From: a virus
Strand: one strand, 5' to 3'
Virus record (IMG/VR): IMGVR_UViG_3300034069_000432
Location: 9,219 to 73,218 of that record
DNA: 64,000 bases
Shown here: in pieces, positions 1 through 7,849 of the stretch
Position numbering within the stretch: the stretch's first letter is position 1
How the letters are laid out: each line of letters starts with the position of its first letter
Program-made: the position numbers and the translations under genes
Notes under the pieces: model-generated
The model's input: only the letters and a program-made list of their open reading frames with translations
The model's database searches: none
What the model was told of the DNA's origin: nothing

Positions 1-179
1 TCCACGCTGTCAGCAGGGAACAGGGCCATCTTCAGGCGGCGAGGACGGTCTTCAAGGCGCCCTTCCCGGTCTGCTTCTGTCCACAAACCGATGAATAGCA
101 GTCGAGTGGCGAAGTCCAGCTCTGCCAGGTGTTCGTTCGAGAAGAACCCCGGTTTGATGTTTCTTGATCTGGCCATCAT
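1..179 (-). CDS. Phage replication initiator (O-like), N-terminal part, truncated by window edge
   Basis: Own translation MMARSRNIKPGFFSNEHLAELDFATRLLFIGLWTEADREGRLEDRPRRLK, a typical lambdoid replisome-organiser N-terminus; ATGA overlap with upstream gene. Confidence 0.8.
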   Translation of the reverse strand, partial: MMARSRNIKPGFFSNEHLAELDFATRLLFIGLWTEADREGRLEDRPRRLKMALFPADSV

Positions 180-478
180 TGGGCCTCCGGTGTGTTCTGT
201 GTGGCGTTGTAGCGCTGATAGCCTTCGCCATACTCATGGCAATAGGTGGCAGGCCAAGCGCCTCTTGTGCCGGGCTCAACGAACACGTAGCGCATGCTGA
301 ACTCGCCAGATCGGTCGGGCGTGGACTTGACCCAAACGTGTACCGGTCCACCCAAGAACCACCCTGGGCACTCTTTCACGGCCTCGGCCATAAACAGGTC
401 AAGGTCGTGATGACCGCGACTCATGGCTATGTAGGTGTCACTGCCTACGGATTCGATTTCAAGTGGATAGGTCTTCAT
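176..478 (-). CDS. Hypothetical phage protein
   Basis: ORF 176..535 with likely start MKTYPLEIE at 478; ATGA-coupled on both sides. Confidence 0.7.
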   Translation of the reverse strand: MKTYPLEIESVGSDTYIAMSRGHHDLDLFMAEAVKECPGWFLGGPVHVWVKSTPDRSGEFSMRYVFVEPGTRGAWPATYCHEYGEGYQRYNATQNTPEAQ

Positions 479-1284
479 GCAGCACGACCTTTGCCGACAA
501 GGCCGGCCAGTTCGAGGAAGCGGTCGACGTACCAATGTGGCTGCGTCTCGCGAGGGGATTGAGGACTGGTCAGGTTCTTGCCGTAGGAGAGGCCCTTATC
601 AGTGATCGACCAGAACGGTACGACTTCCTGCTTCGAGTTCTTGCGGGTCAGCTCTTTGAGGTAGCCAGCGGCTTCAAGGCGCTTGTTGAAGGCCACGACC
701 GAACCGCCCAAGCCGTTGTCTTTCAGCAAGGCGGTGGCAGATTTGGTGGGCATTGAAGAGCCGCCAGCGGCATCAGGCGCAGCATCAACGGCGTAACCGG
801 GGAGAAACTTCGGATCGAGGCCGTTGTTCTCAGCGATCTTCGTGAGCATGAGCATCTGACTGGATGGTGCAGGCTTCAGCAGGCGCGTGAAGCACTCCAT
901 GATGGCGATCTCGCCGATGACCTTCGTACCGTTCGCCGTGACGGCTTCGCGTGACGAAGATCGTTGTTCGAGTTCGTGCCAGCGTCGAATCACCTTCATG
1001 CGCAGACCGGCGCTGTATCCGGTAAGCAGGCAATCTGTGTGCTCGCGGTCCAGCAAATACTCGGTTTGCTCCCGATTACGCCCATCAAAATAGATGTGAG
1101 CAAAACTGCTCACATTGATCTTCAGTTCGGCGGACATGATCTGAATGTCTCGCTTCACATCGGGGTGACGCTTGCCAGTAAGATTCGCGATTTCACGCGA
1201 CGACATCGTTCGCGCCACGATTTGCAAAGGTGCAATTTCGTGGCGCGGATTGCCGTAGTTGACGCTTGGCTGTGAATTTGCCAT
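475..1284 (-). CDS. Rha-family regulator / antirepressor with KilAC-like C-terminus
   Basis: TMSSREIANLTGKRHPDVKRDI (Rha N-term) and FNKRLEAAGYL...ITDKGLSYG C-terminal domain. Confidence 0.85.
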   Translation of the reverse strand: MANSQPSVNYGNPRHEIAPLQIVARTMSSREIANLTGKRHPDVKRDIQIMSAELKINVSSFAHIYFDGRNREQTEYLLDREHTDCLLTGYSAGLRMKVIRRWHELEQRSSSREAVTANGTKVIGEIAIMECFTRLLKPAPSSQMLMLTKIAENNGLDPKFLPGYAVDAAPDAAGGSSMPTKSATALLKDNGLGGSVVAFNKRLEAAGYLKELTRKNSKQEVVPFWSITDKGLSYGKNLTSPQSPRETQPHWYVDRFLELAGLVGKGRAA

Positions 1285-1321
1285 TATTCGCTCCAGAACG
1301 TTGTTTTAAGCGCTGCACAAG

Positions 1322-1348
1322 AAGCCACCCTTGCCCGGTGGCTTTTTT
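1322..1348. terminator. Intrinsic terminator-like hairpin
   Basis: AAGCCACC-7nt-GGTGGCTT followed by TTTT on + strand; weaker U-tract on - strand. Confidence 0.55.
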
Positions 1349-1407
1349 GTGCGTCCGATTTGATGCTTGGTTGTTTCATTGGTAGTTCCTCAATAGTCCC
1401 TGAGGGG

Positions 1408-1599
1408 CTAATCAGCCCTTCGGCCGATGGATCTCACCTTGCCCCTGCTTGGGGGTGGCCGAGACATTCGGTCCAGGTGCTTGTTGATGATCTTTGCGGC
1501 CAACTCTTCGGGGGTGATGCCTTGCTTTCCGGCCAGCAGCGCCAGATCGCTTACACCTTCCGCGTCGAGCTGGATTTCCAGCTCTTTTCTTTCAGGCAC
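1408..1599 (-). CDS. Small ribbon-helix-helix-like protein
   Basis: 63 aa, ELEIQLD...ITPEELAAKIINKHL pattern, in P_R operon. Confidence 0.6.
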   Translation of the reverse strand: MPERKELEIQLDAEGVSDLALLAGKQGITPEELAAKIINKHLDRMSRPPPSRGKVRSIGRRAD

Positions 1600-1617
1600 A
1601 GGGTCTCCTCCGCCACT

Positions 1618-1806
1618 TCAGGCGACATCAGTCTTTGCGTTAAGCTCTTCCATCATCTGGTTCAGCCCACGCTCAAGAATCTCGCGGGCCAAAACGGCTT
1701 TTTGGGTGCGTTGATACCTGGCCATTGCGGTCAGCAAATCGTCGGCCACTTCATCGAGGCGGACTTTGGTGGGCTTGTCGTGCATGTGGCTTGGGTCGAA
1801 GTGCAT
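1618..1806 (-). CDS. Small DNA-binding protein (RHH/CII-position)
   Basis: MHFDPSHMHDKPTKVRLDE...QKAVLAREILE, GGAG RBS, directly downstream of cro. Confidence 0.65.
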   Translation of the reverse strand: MHFDPSHMHDKPTKVRLDEVADDLLTAMARYQRTQKAVLAREILERGLNQMMEELNAKTDVA

Positions 1807-1837
1807 CGTTTGTCTCCAGTGGCTTATGAAGTTGGTT

Positions 1838-2032
1838 TTAGGCTGCGGATTTTTGTGAAGGGAACGGGCGCTGCTCTTTGGCCTGAAAGCTGCCGTCAGG
1901 AAGCTCAAGCACACGGATGTCCCGTTTGGCGGAAAGCGCTTTGTGAATTGCCGGGGCCGTCACACGGAGAAGCCGTGCGGCTTCGGACTGCCCTTTTTCA
2001 GCAACGAACTTGTCGAGGGGTGTCTCGTTCAT
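1838..2032 (-). CDS. cro: Cro repressor
   Basis: 64 aa, GQSEAARLLRVTAPAIHKAL HTH, ends RPFPSQ like lambda Cro; divergent from cI. Confidence 0.9.
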   Translation of the reverse strand: MNETPLDKFVAEKGQSEAARLLRVTAPAIHKALSAKRDIRVLELPDGSFQAKEQRPFPSQKSAA

Positions 2033-2059
2033 GATCTGGCCTCGGTTGTAGATGAGGCG

Positions 2060-2088
2060 ATATTAACCATCTGTTAACGATTAATCAA
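2060..2088 (-). promoter_or_regulatory. P_R-like sigma70 promoter
   Basis: TTGATT-17-TAATAT on - strand upstream of cro. Confidence 0.75.
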
Positions 2089-2124
2089 CACCGATGGTTT
2101 CTTCACCACATTCACCGTTGGTAA
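2064..2124. promoter_or_regulatory. O_R operator triplet (consensus WAACC-N3-GGTTW)
   Basis: TAACCATCTGTTA 2064-2076, ACACCGATGGTTT 2088-2100, TCACCGTTGGTAA 2112-2124; 24 bp period. Confidence 0.8.
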
Positions 2125-2137
2125 TAAATTAACAACA
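2102..2137 (+). promoter_or_regulatory. P_RM-like promoter, probably leaderless cI mRNA
   Basis: TTCACC-17-TAAATT, then 6 nt, then ATG; no SD before cI. Confidence 0.55.
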
Positions 2138-2916
2138 TGACCAGAAAACGAATTTTGCCCCCCGATCGCCTCGCTGAATGCAAGGCAGCCCACGAACTGT
2201 TCCTGTCGAAAAAGAAGGAGTTGGGGCTGAGCCAGAAGAAAATTGCAGACGCCGCCGGTATAACGCCGGCCGCCGTGAACCTCTACTTCAAGGGGATCAA
2301 TCCCCTCAACGCGCAATTTGCCGCCATACTGTCCGAACAAATAAAGGAGCCTGTGGAGCGATTCAGTGCGCGCCTGGCTGCCGAAATAGGAAAGCTGACG
2401 CGTGCAACCCCAGACCGCGCCGCTGTTGCTTCGAACGCCGAGCTGCTTGGGCCAATTGATCTCTGGGATGACGACACGCCGCTCGATGACGATGAGGTGT
2501 ATGTGCCATTTCTAAAGGAAGTAGAGCTCTCGGCTGGCAAGGGACGCACCGCCGTAGAGCAGTCTCATAAACAGAAGTTGAGGTTCGGCAAGCTGACACT
2601 TCGCAAGCAAGGTGTTCAGCCGTCAGACGCTGTGTGCGTCACGGTGAGCGGGAATAGCATGGAGCCGGTATTGCCTGATGGCAGTACGGTAGGGGTAGAT
2701 CAGGGCACCACATCAATCACGGACGGTAAGATGTATGCCATCGACCACGGCGGGCAGCTTCGCGTGAAGACGCTATATCGTCTCCCAGGAGGAGGAATGC
2801 GGATGCGCAGCTTCAATCGAGATGAGCACCCCGACGAGGAATACTCAGCCATCGAGATGATCGAGATGGAAATCATTGTTCTGGGCCGGGTGTTCTGGTC
2901 TTCAGCTCTCTGGTAA
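2137..2916 (+). CDS. cI: CI repressor (XRE HTH + S24 peptidase)
   Basis: LSQKKIADAAGITPAAVNLYFKG HTH; VSGNSMEP and RVKTL Ser/Lys dyad. Confidence 0.95.
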   Translation: MTRKRILPPDRLAECKAAHELFLSKKKELGLSQKKIADAAGITPAAVNLYFKGINPLNAQFAAILSEQIKEPVERFSARLAAEIGKLTRATPDRAAVASNAELLGPIDLWDDDTPLDDDEVYVPFLKEVELSAGKGRTAVEQSHKQKLRFGKLTLRKQGVQPSDAVCVTVSGNSMEPVLPDGSTVGVDQGTTSITDGKMYAIDHGGQLRVKTLYRLPGGGMRMRSFNRDEHPDEEYSAIEMIEMEIIVLGRVFWSSALW

Positions 2917-2945
2917 AGCCCCGCGCGCCACGCGCTCAATAAAGG

Positions 2946-2972
2946 ATCCCGCCACGCGAGCGGGATTTTTTT
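2946..2972 (+). terminator. Intrinsic terminator after cI
   Basis: ATCCCGC-7nt-GCGGGAT-TTTTTT. Confidence 0.85.
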
Positions 2973-2990
2973 CGCCCACAGAAAAATAAT

Positions 2991-3031
2991 TAACCATCGG
3001 TGTTGACTTGGCAATAAACCGATGGTTAACT
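2991..3031 (+). promoter_or_regulatory. P_L promoter with two O_L operators
   Basis: TAACCATCGGTGT 2991-3003 and AAACCGATGGTTA 3016-3028; TTGACT-17-TTAACT (weak -10). Confidence 0.75.
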
Positions 3032-3079
3032 ACACCCATCGAAACGAATCAGCCCCTACCAAGGGCCTCCGGATCGAAC

Positions 3080-3088
3080 CGCTCTTTA
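3080..3088 (+). promoter_or_regulatory. boxA-like antitermination element
   Basis: CGCTCTTTA about 45 nt downstream of P_L, matches lambdoid/rrn boxA. Confidence 0.55.
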
Positions 3089-3351
3089 TCACCGCCAAGA
3101 TCCGCCCGAGGGAATCCCGGTTAGCCGGTACAAATGGGCGCAAAACATTCCCTCCCGAGCTGCGACGCGATGCGCAGTCACTGAAGCCCATGCATTCAGT
3201 GCGAACCAGGTGAGCACCTTCGAAGCGCCAGTAGCGCATAGAGGGCATCGGCAATGAGGGCCGAGTGCAGAAAGCCTGGGGAGAAACAGACTTCCTCGAT
3301 GACCTTGGCGACAGGGTCATCCGGAAAATCAACCTACGGAGAGACCCCGAA

Positions 3352-3483
3352 ATGACCACCAACAGAGTGCAGTGCCGCGATCAGGCCGAAGTGACCGAAG
3401 TCGCCGAGATGTGCACCGCTACCGGCTACCTCTACAGCGTCGATGAGCAACTGATGCTCACCTTCTGGAAAGCCCAACAGTAA
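3352..3483 (+). CDS. Small hypothetical protein (43 aa)
   Basis: MTTNRVQCRD..., GGAGAG RBS. Confidence 0.55.
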   Translation: MTTNRVQCRDQAEVTEVAEMCTATGYLYSVDEQLMLTFWKAQQ

Positions 3484-3500
3484 CCACCTGGAGAAGCGCC

Positions 3501-3581
3501 ATGAGCCAGAAACAAGAACCAGTATTCGTCGGCTACACCGAAGACGGCATGGCGATCTACCGGCTGCCGTTTCAGCTGTGA
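3501..3581 (+). CDS. Very small hypothetical protein (26 aa)
   Basis: MSQKQEPVFVGYTEDGMAIYRLPFQL, GGAG RBS; not in ORF track. Confidence 0.5.
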   Translation: MSQKQEPVFVGYTEDGMAIYRLPFQL

Positions 3582-3651
3582 ACCAAGCCGAACGATTTCT
3601 GAAACGCCTGGGCGACCGGGCGTTTTGGAAACAGAACGGGAGACACCGGAA

Positions 3652-3855
3652 ATGCTGGACAAGAAAGACATTCCCCGCTTCCGCGCCGAAGCAAAGATGT
3701 TCAGGGCTCATGCCAAAGCAGCCCGAGCCGACCTCGCGAAGTGCAAAGCCGCGGGCGATTGGGTCGGCAAGCTGAAAGCTGAGTGCCGGGTAAACGAATA
3801 CGTCCGCGACGCTCAGGCGAGGGACAGATGGATCAAGGAAATTCAGTCAACTTGA
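3652..3855 (+). CDS. Hypothetical protein
   Basis: MLDKKDIPRFRAEAK..., GGAG RBS. Confidence 0.65.
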   Translation: MLDKKDIPRFRAEAKMFRAHAKAARADLAKCKAAGDWVGKLKAECRVNEYVRDAQARDRWIKEIQST

Positions 3856-3868
3856 AAGGAGAGATGTG

Positions 3869-3958
3869 ATGACACCAGAAGAAATAGCCCAGGCGCTGGC
3901 CGAGTGGGAAGCACACCAACAACGTAAGGCTGAAGTCGCGAAACGCGCAAGGAAGTGA
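3869..3958 (+). CDS. Very small hypothetical protein (29 aa)
   Basis: MTPEEIAQALAEWEAHQQRKAEVAKRARK, AAGGAG RBS. Confidence 0.55.
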   Translation: MTPEEIAQALAEWEAHQQRKAEVAKRARK

Positions 3959-3959
3959 A

Positions 3960-4058
3960 ATGCCAACCCTCCCCTCACCCCCACAAGCATGGGGACTGCT
4001 GACAGCAATACTTTCGCTGCACGCCCTCGCGCTGGGGCTGATGGTGGCTTGGTCTTGA
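3960..4058 (+). CDS. Small hydrophobic peptide (32 aa, one predicted TM helix)
   Basis: MPTLPSPPQAWGLLTAILSLHALALGLMVAWS, starts 1 nt after previous stop. Confidence 0.4.
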   Translation: MPTLPSPPQAWGLLTAILSLHALALGLMVAWS

Positions 4059-4067
4059 AGTTGCGCC

Positions 4068-4707
4068 GGCCTTTGCGAAAGGGCCTATCGGGAAGTGATC
4101 GGAGTACCGCCAGCCAGCGCGGGAGCAAAGGCAGACAAACGTCATGCCGATCACTTCACCGATGCAGGACGCTAACCCCGCACAAGCGGGCCACCTTGCA
4201 TCGAAATCGCCCGACCGAGGGAGCTCTTAAGTTGGGAGGAAATGGTGACGGCCGTGGAACTCGGCGCCGGATGACGTGACCGGTAACCCAAGGAAACCGT
4301 GGGCAACGGAACCAGCCAGAGCGTTACGAGGAAAATTTTTTACATCTTTATCCTCCCTCGGCCAGTTGAAACGACCATGTGGGTGCCGCCAATGCGGATA
4401 AGCCTGTGTGAATCGACGATCTGGTGCGTGATCTGGCCCGATCACCTTGCTGGAGCTTTTTAGCTGCGAAGGCGAGGCTGCATCGGAGTGTTAACTGAAT
4501 GGTTGCAGAGTAGGCCCCGGCCGAGAGTGCAATAAACCCTCACCAGTTAACACCCCGATGCAGAAGCGGCGTTGAAAGCTGGGTTGAACGCTTCGGCGGC
4601 CCTAGAGAAACGCAGGTTCGATAGGCGCCATCTTCGGATGGTTTGCCCCTCCGAGCGGTCGTCCCGAAAGGGTCCGCTCTATCCGGGTTCGCGTCCGGAC
4701 TTCTGCA
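4068..4707 (+). ncRNA. Candidate structured RNA region (chain of long stems, cUUCGg and GNRA tetraloops)
   Basis: 11+5 bp, 9 bp, 19/20 bp and 8 bp stems; two CUUCGG loops, GAAA and GCGA loops; no credible ORF. Confidence 0.6.
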
Positions 4708-4762
4708 CCCCATTCAACAGGTAGCCACTGCCTTTCCAGTGAGCAATCAATAGGAGATCGCG

Positions 4763-5020
4763 ATGAGTGCTAACGACGGCGGCAACGCCTTTCCAGTCGC
4801 CGACTACGACCATCAAACTATTCAGCCTAAAGACGGCAATGAGTGTAAGCGGCAGCTGTTAGGCATGAGTCTTCGAGATTACCTAGCCGCCAAGGCCGTT
4901 GCAGCCCTTGAAGCTCCTTGTGACTACGTAGGGCGTAGCGAGACACAAAGATCGTATCGCGAGTGGGCAGAAAAGGCTTATCGAATGGCCGACGCCATGC
5001 TGGCCGCCCGGAACGCTTAA
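4763..5020 (+). CDS. Conserved phage hypothetical protein (GMSLRDYxAA...AYxMADAMLAAR family)
   Basis: Family motif recognised; AGGAG RBS. Confidence 0.8.
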   Translation: MSANDGGNAFPVADYDHQTIQPKDGNECKRQLLGMSLRDYLAAKAVAALEAPCDYVGRSETQRSYREWAEKAYRMADAMLAARNA

Positions 5021-5145
5021 CACCCCGCCTACAACCACCCCTCCCGAACATATCGCACTGCCCATCCACCGCTGCCTATCTGGCCGATCGCGTTCTTGGC
5101 TTGGGCAGTGCCGTGTGTTTGGTTAATCAGCAAGGAGATTGAGCC

Positions 5146-5400
5146 ATGGCTGCTACAGCCGAGTATGCATGCCTTCGATGCAAGCAGCCTTTCATTGCCC
5201 GAACGGCTGACCGCAAGCGCGGCTGGGCTCGCTTCTGCTCAAAGTCATGCAAGGCCAGCAGGCAGGAGCAGCGGACCGGCCAGCACGCCTCCTATCAAGA
5301 ACGGCAGCAGCGCAGATCGGAGGGGCACGAGGGTGGCGAGTTCACTGATGCCCACCTGTTCAGCAATGAAGACCACGATTGCAGTAAATCACCGGATTAA
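5146..5400 (+). CDS. Small Cys-rich protein
   Basis: CLRC...FCSKSC; AGGAG RBS. Confidence 0.7.
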   Translation: MAATAEYACLRCKQPFIARTADRKRGWARFCSKSCKASRQEQRTGQHASYQERQQRRSEGHEGGEFTDAHLFSNEDHDCSKSPD

Positions 5401-5423
5401 AAAACCCGCCGACGGAGGCGACC

Positions 5424-5837
5424 ATGAATGCTTTAAGCGCAGCACAGTTCGAGTATGACAACCTCCTCCCGGTGGACATCTGCTCAAGCGCGGAACGGGT
5501 TTGGATCGACGACGCAGCGGAGCAGTTGCTGCTCGGCGCTGACGTGACGTTCAAGCGCGAATTCCAATCTCCCCAGGGCGTCACCTACGAACAGTTCGCC
5601 GCTGCGGTGGATGAGTTCGTGATGGGTCAGCTCTCGGCTTTCGGCATCAGCAACTCGGTATTGGGCCGACTGGTGCTGGCCGCCAAGCGCCGCGCATCGT
5701 CAGACGCCTGCACTGCGGCCTCTGAGGCCCTGAACAGTCCCAACCCTGACGAGGCGCTGCGCCAGATCGCCGTCACGCTGCTGACGCCGCTGGCTAAGGA
5801 TGCGCTGATAGCCCAGGCCGAGGATGAGGCGCTGTGA
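5424..5837 (+). CDS. Hypothetical phage protein
   Basis: GGAGG RBS, coupled to next gene. Confidence 0.75.
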   Translation: MNALSAAQFEYDNLLPVDICSSAERVWIDDAAEQLLLGADVTFKREFQSPQGVTYEQFAAAVDEFVMGQLSAFGISNSVLGRLVLAAKRRASSDACTAASEALNSPNPDEALRQIAVTLLTPLAKDALIAQAEDEAL

Positions 5838-6028
5838 GCCCTCACATCCACCTCGACGAAGAGCTGGAGACAATCGAGTCTCCTGCCTGCCCCGCCATGT
5901 ACGAAGTGATCGTCATGCGCAACATTACGCGACTGATGAGCGAAGGCCAGATCACCCCCGAAGAATTCACCCACTACTGCAAACGACTTTATGCCGCACT
6001 TGATCGTCGGCAAGGGAGAGCGGCATGA
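5834..6028 (+). CDS. Hypothetical protein
   Basis: GTGA overlap; MSQGQITPEEF-like motif. Confidence 0.65.
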   Translation: MSPHIHLDEELETIESPACPAMYEVIVMRNITRLMSEGQITPEEFTHYCKRLYAALDRRQGRAA

Positions 6029-6210
6029 ACGCCATGTACCAGATCGGAATCACCGTCCAGCGCCCGGCTCGACCTGTAAAGGCGCCCCGCTTCTGCCCGC
6101 CCACCCTGGACATGATGCGCCTTGAGGCTGCTGTGACCGCCGCCATCGCCCAGCGCGACAAGGCTTGGTCGGAAGCTGTTCGGGTTGCTGGTGGGATGGT
6201 GCAGTCATGA
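6025..6210 (+). CDS. Hypothetical protein
   Basis: ATGA coupling both ends. Confidence 0.55.
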   Translation: MNAMYQIGITVQRPARPVKAPRFCPPTLDMMRLEAAVTAAIAQRDKAWSEAVRVAGGMVQS

Positions 6211-6431
6211 GTAAGCGAATCAGACTGGCAGTTACAGCAATCAATGGTCGCGTAGTTGCGGGCTTCGAGAATGCCAAGGGCACCGAAATCACCGAAGGCT
6301 CGCGGCAGGATGTCACTAGCGATTTTATGAAGGCGTTGATCGACAAAGGTGAGCACCACGACGGCGAGTTTGAAATCGGCGGCGGCGGTGAGTTGTGGGA
6401 TGTGACGGTCACGAAGAGGGTGAAGCCATGA
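6207..6431 (+). CDS. Hypothetical protein
   Basis: MSKRIRLAVTAINGRVVAG..., ATGA coupling. Confidence 0.65.
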   Translation: MSKRIRLAVTAINGRVVAGFENAKGTEITEGSRQDVTSDFMKALIDKGEHHDGEFEIGGGGELWDVTVTKRVKP

Positions 6432-6625
6432 GCCAGCCCATCGTCAAATCCCTGATCGACGAGCAGGTTGAAGAGGTCGAGTTCGCAGGCAAAACCAAAG
6501 AGTCTGCACAGCGTCTCGCCCAGCGCCTTGGGTTCGACGGCCCGCCAGCGCGTTACGGCTGGGTTGCGCCAGGTATCTGGCTGTTGTGCTATCAGGCTCC
6601 GACCTCCCCTCGCCACCCTCAGTGA
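6428..6625 (+). CDS. Hypothetical protein
   Basis: MSQPIVKSLIDEQ..., ATGA coupling. Confidence 0.55.
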   Translation: MSQPIVKSLIDEQVEEVEFAGKTKESAQRLAQRLGFDGPPARYGWVAPGIWLLCYQAPTSPRHPQ

Positions 6626-6681
6626 ATCCCACCCCATTCAATCGCAGCGCCCCGGCACACGGATGGCGCGGGAGACTCCGC

Positions 6682-7839
6682 ATGTCTGCAACTCAGCAAG
6701 TCATCACCATCGACGACATCAGCGCCGACAACGCGCCGGTCATCTACGTCGCCGGCGGCCTCAACCAGTTCCTGGAAGCCGTGAAGGCTGAGGTCACCAG
6801 TGAAGTGCCGGACCTTGCCACGGCAAAGGGTCGTGCACGGATCGCCTCGCTGGCAAACAAAGTCAGCAAGTCGAAAACTGCTGTCGAAAAGCCCGGCCGC
6901 GACTACCTGAAGCGCCTGAAAGAAATGCCGAAGGTCGTCGAGACCGAGCTGCGCGAGTTCGTCAACTCGATGGATGCGCTGCGAGACGCAACCCGCCAGC
7001 CGCTTACGGACTGGGAGAAAGCGGAAGACGCCCGTGTCGATGCGCACAACGACGGCATCCGGCTGATCAAGGACCTGGCGGCGTTCGAAGAGGTGCCAAC
7101 AGCTGCGCGCGTCGCCCAGGTGATCGCCGATCTGGAGCTGGTCGCCATCGATGACAGCTGGCAGGAGTTTTTGCCGGAAGCCGCTCAGGCCAAGGATCAG
7201 GCGCTGACCAAGCTTCGCGCCCTTCTCGCTGATCGAACAAAGCACGAAGCCGAGCTCGCGGAGATCGCCAAGTTCAACGCCGAGAAGGCCATCCGCGAAC
7301 AGCAAGAGCGTGATGCAGCAATCGCCAAGGCGGCGGCAGAGCAGGCCCAGCGTGATGCCGAAGCGAAAGCTGAAGCAGAGCGCAACGCCGCCGCAGCCCG
7401 TGAGAAAGCTCTGAAAGATCAGGCTGAAGCCCAGCAGCGCGCCGCCGAGCAGAAGCTTCGCGACGCAGAGGCAGAAGCCGAACGCCAGCGCTTGCAGATC
7501 AAGCTGCAGGAGGAGCAGGCCGAGCGGCAGAAACTCCAGGCGGAGCAGGATCGGCTCGCAGGCATTCAGCGCGCCGAGCAAGAACGTGTCGCCGCCGAGC
7601 AGCGCCAAGCGGAAGCAGTTGAACGCGCCCGCCAGCAAGAGGTGGAGCGCCAAGCCGCCGCAGTCGCGTTTGAGCTAAAGCAGGCGCAGGCCCGCGAGGC
7701 CGATCAGGCCCACAAGATCAAGATCATGGGCGCTGCCAAAGAGGCGCTGATGGGCATGAATATCAGCGAGGAGCTGGCGAAGGCCATCGTCCTCAAGATC
7801 TGCCGCCGCGAAGTGCCCCACATCACCATCAACTTCTGA
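6682..7839 (+). CDS. Long coiled-coil phage protein (often auto-labelled TolA-like)
   Basis: VPDLATAKGRARIASLA N-term, Ala/Glu/Gln heptads, IPHITINF-type end; usual position before erf. Confidence 0.8.
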   Translation: MSATQQVITIDDISADNAPVIYVAGGLNQFLEAVKAEVTSEVPDLATAKGRARIASLANKVSKSKTAVEKPGRDYLKRLKEMPKVVETELREFVNSMDALRDATRQPLTDWEKAEDARVDAHNDGIRLIKDLAAFEEVPTAARVAQVIADLELVAIDDSWQEFLPEAAQAKDQALTKLRALLADRTKHEAELAEIAKFNAEKAIREQQERDAAIAKAAAEQAQRDAEAKAEAERNAAAAREKALKDQAEAQQRAAEQKLRDAEAEAERQRLQIKLQEEQAERQKLQAEQDRLAGIQRAEQERVAAEQRQAEAVERARQQEVERQAAAVAFELKQAQAREADQAHKIKIMGAAKEALMGMNISEELAKAIVLKICRREVPHITINF

Positions 7840-7849
7840 GGAGGGCAGC

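Noticed and set aside
3578-3775. 65 aa ORF overlapping 3652..3855 in another frame
   Set aside because: The overlapping gene has the better RBS and helical composition; the two cannot be distinguished further without data.
4068-4707. Hammerhead, HDV-like or tRNA-like element in the structured leader (GCAGGTTCGA at 4612-4621)
   Set aside because: Could not assemble a CUGANGA/GAAA core, a nested pseudoknot or a cloverleaf by eye; left as unclassified structure.
4707-6641. Exact 11-mer ACCCCATTCAA about 40 nt upstream of two genes
   Set aside because: Hundreds of repeated 11-mers are expected by chance in 64 kb.
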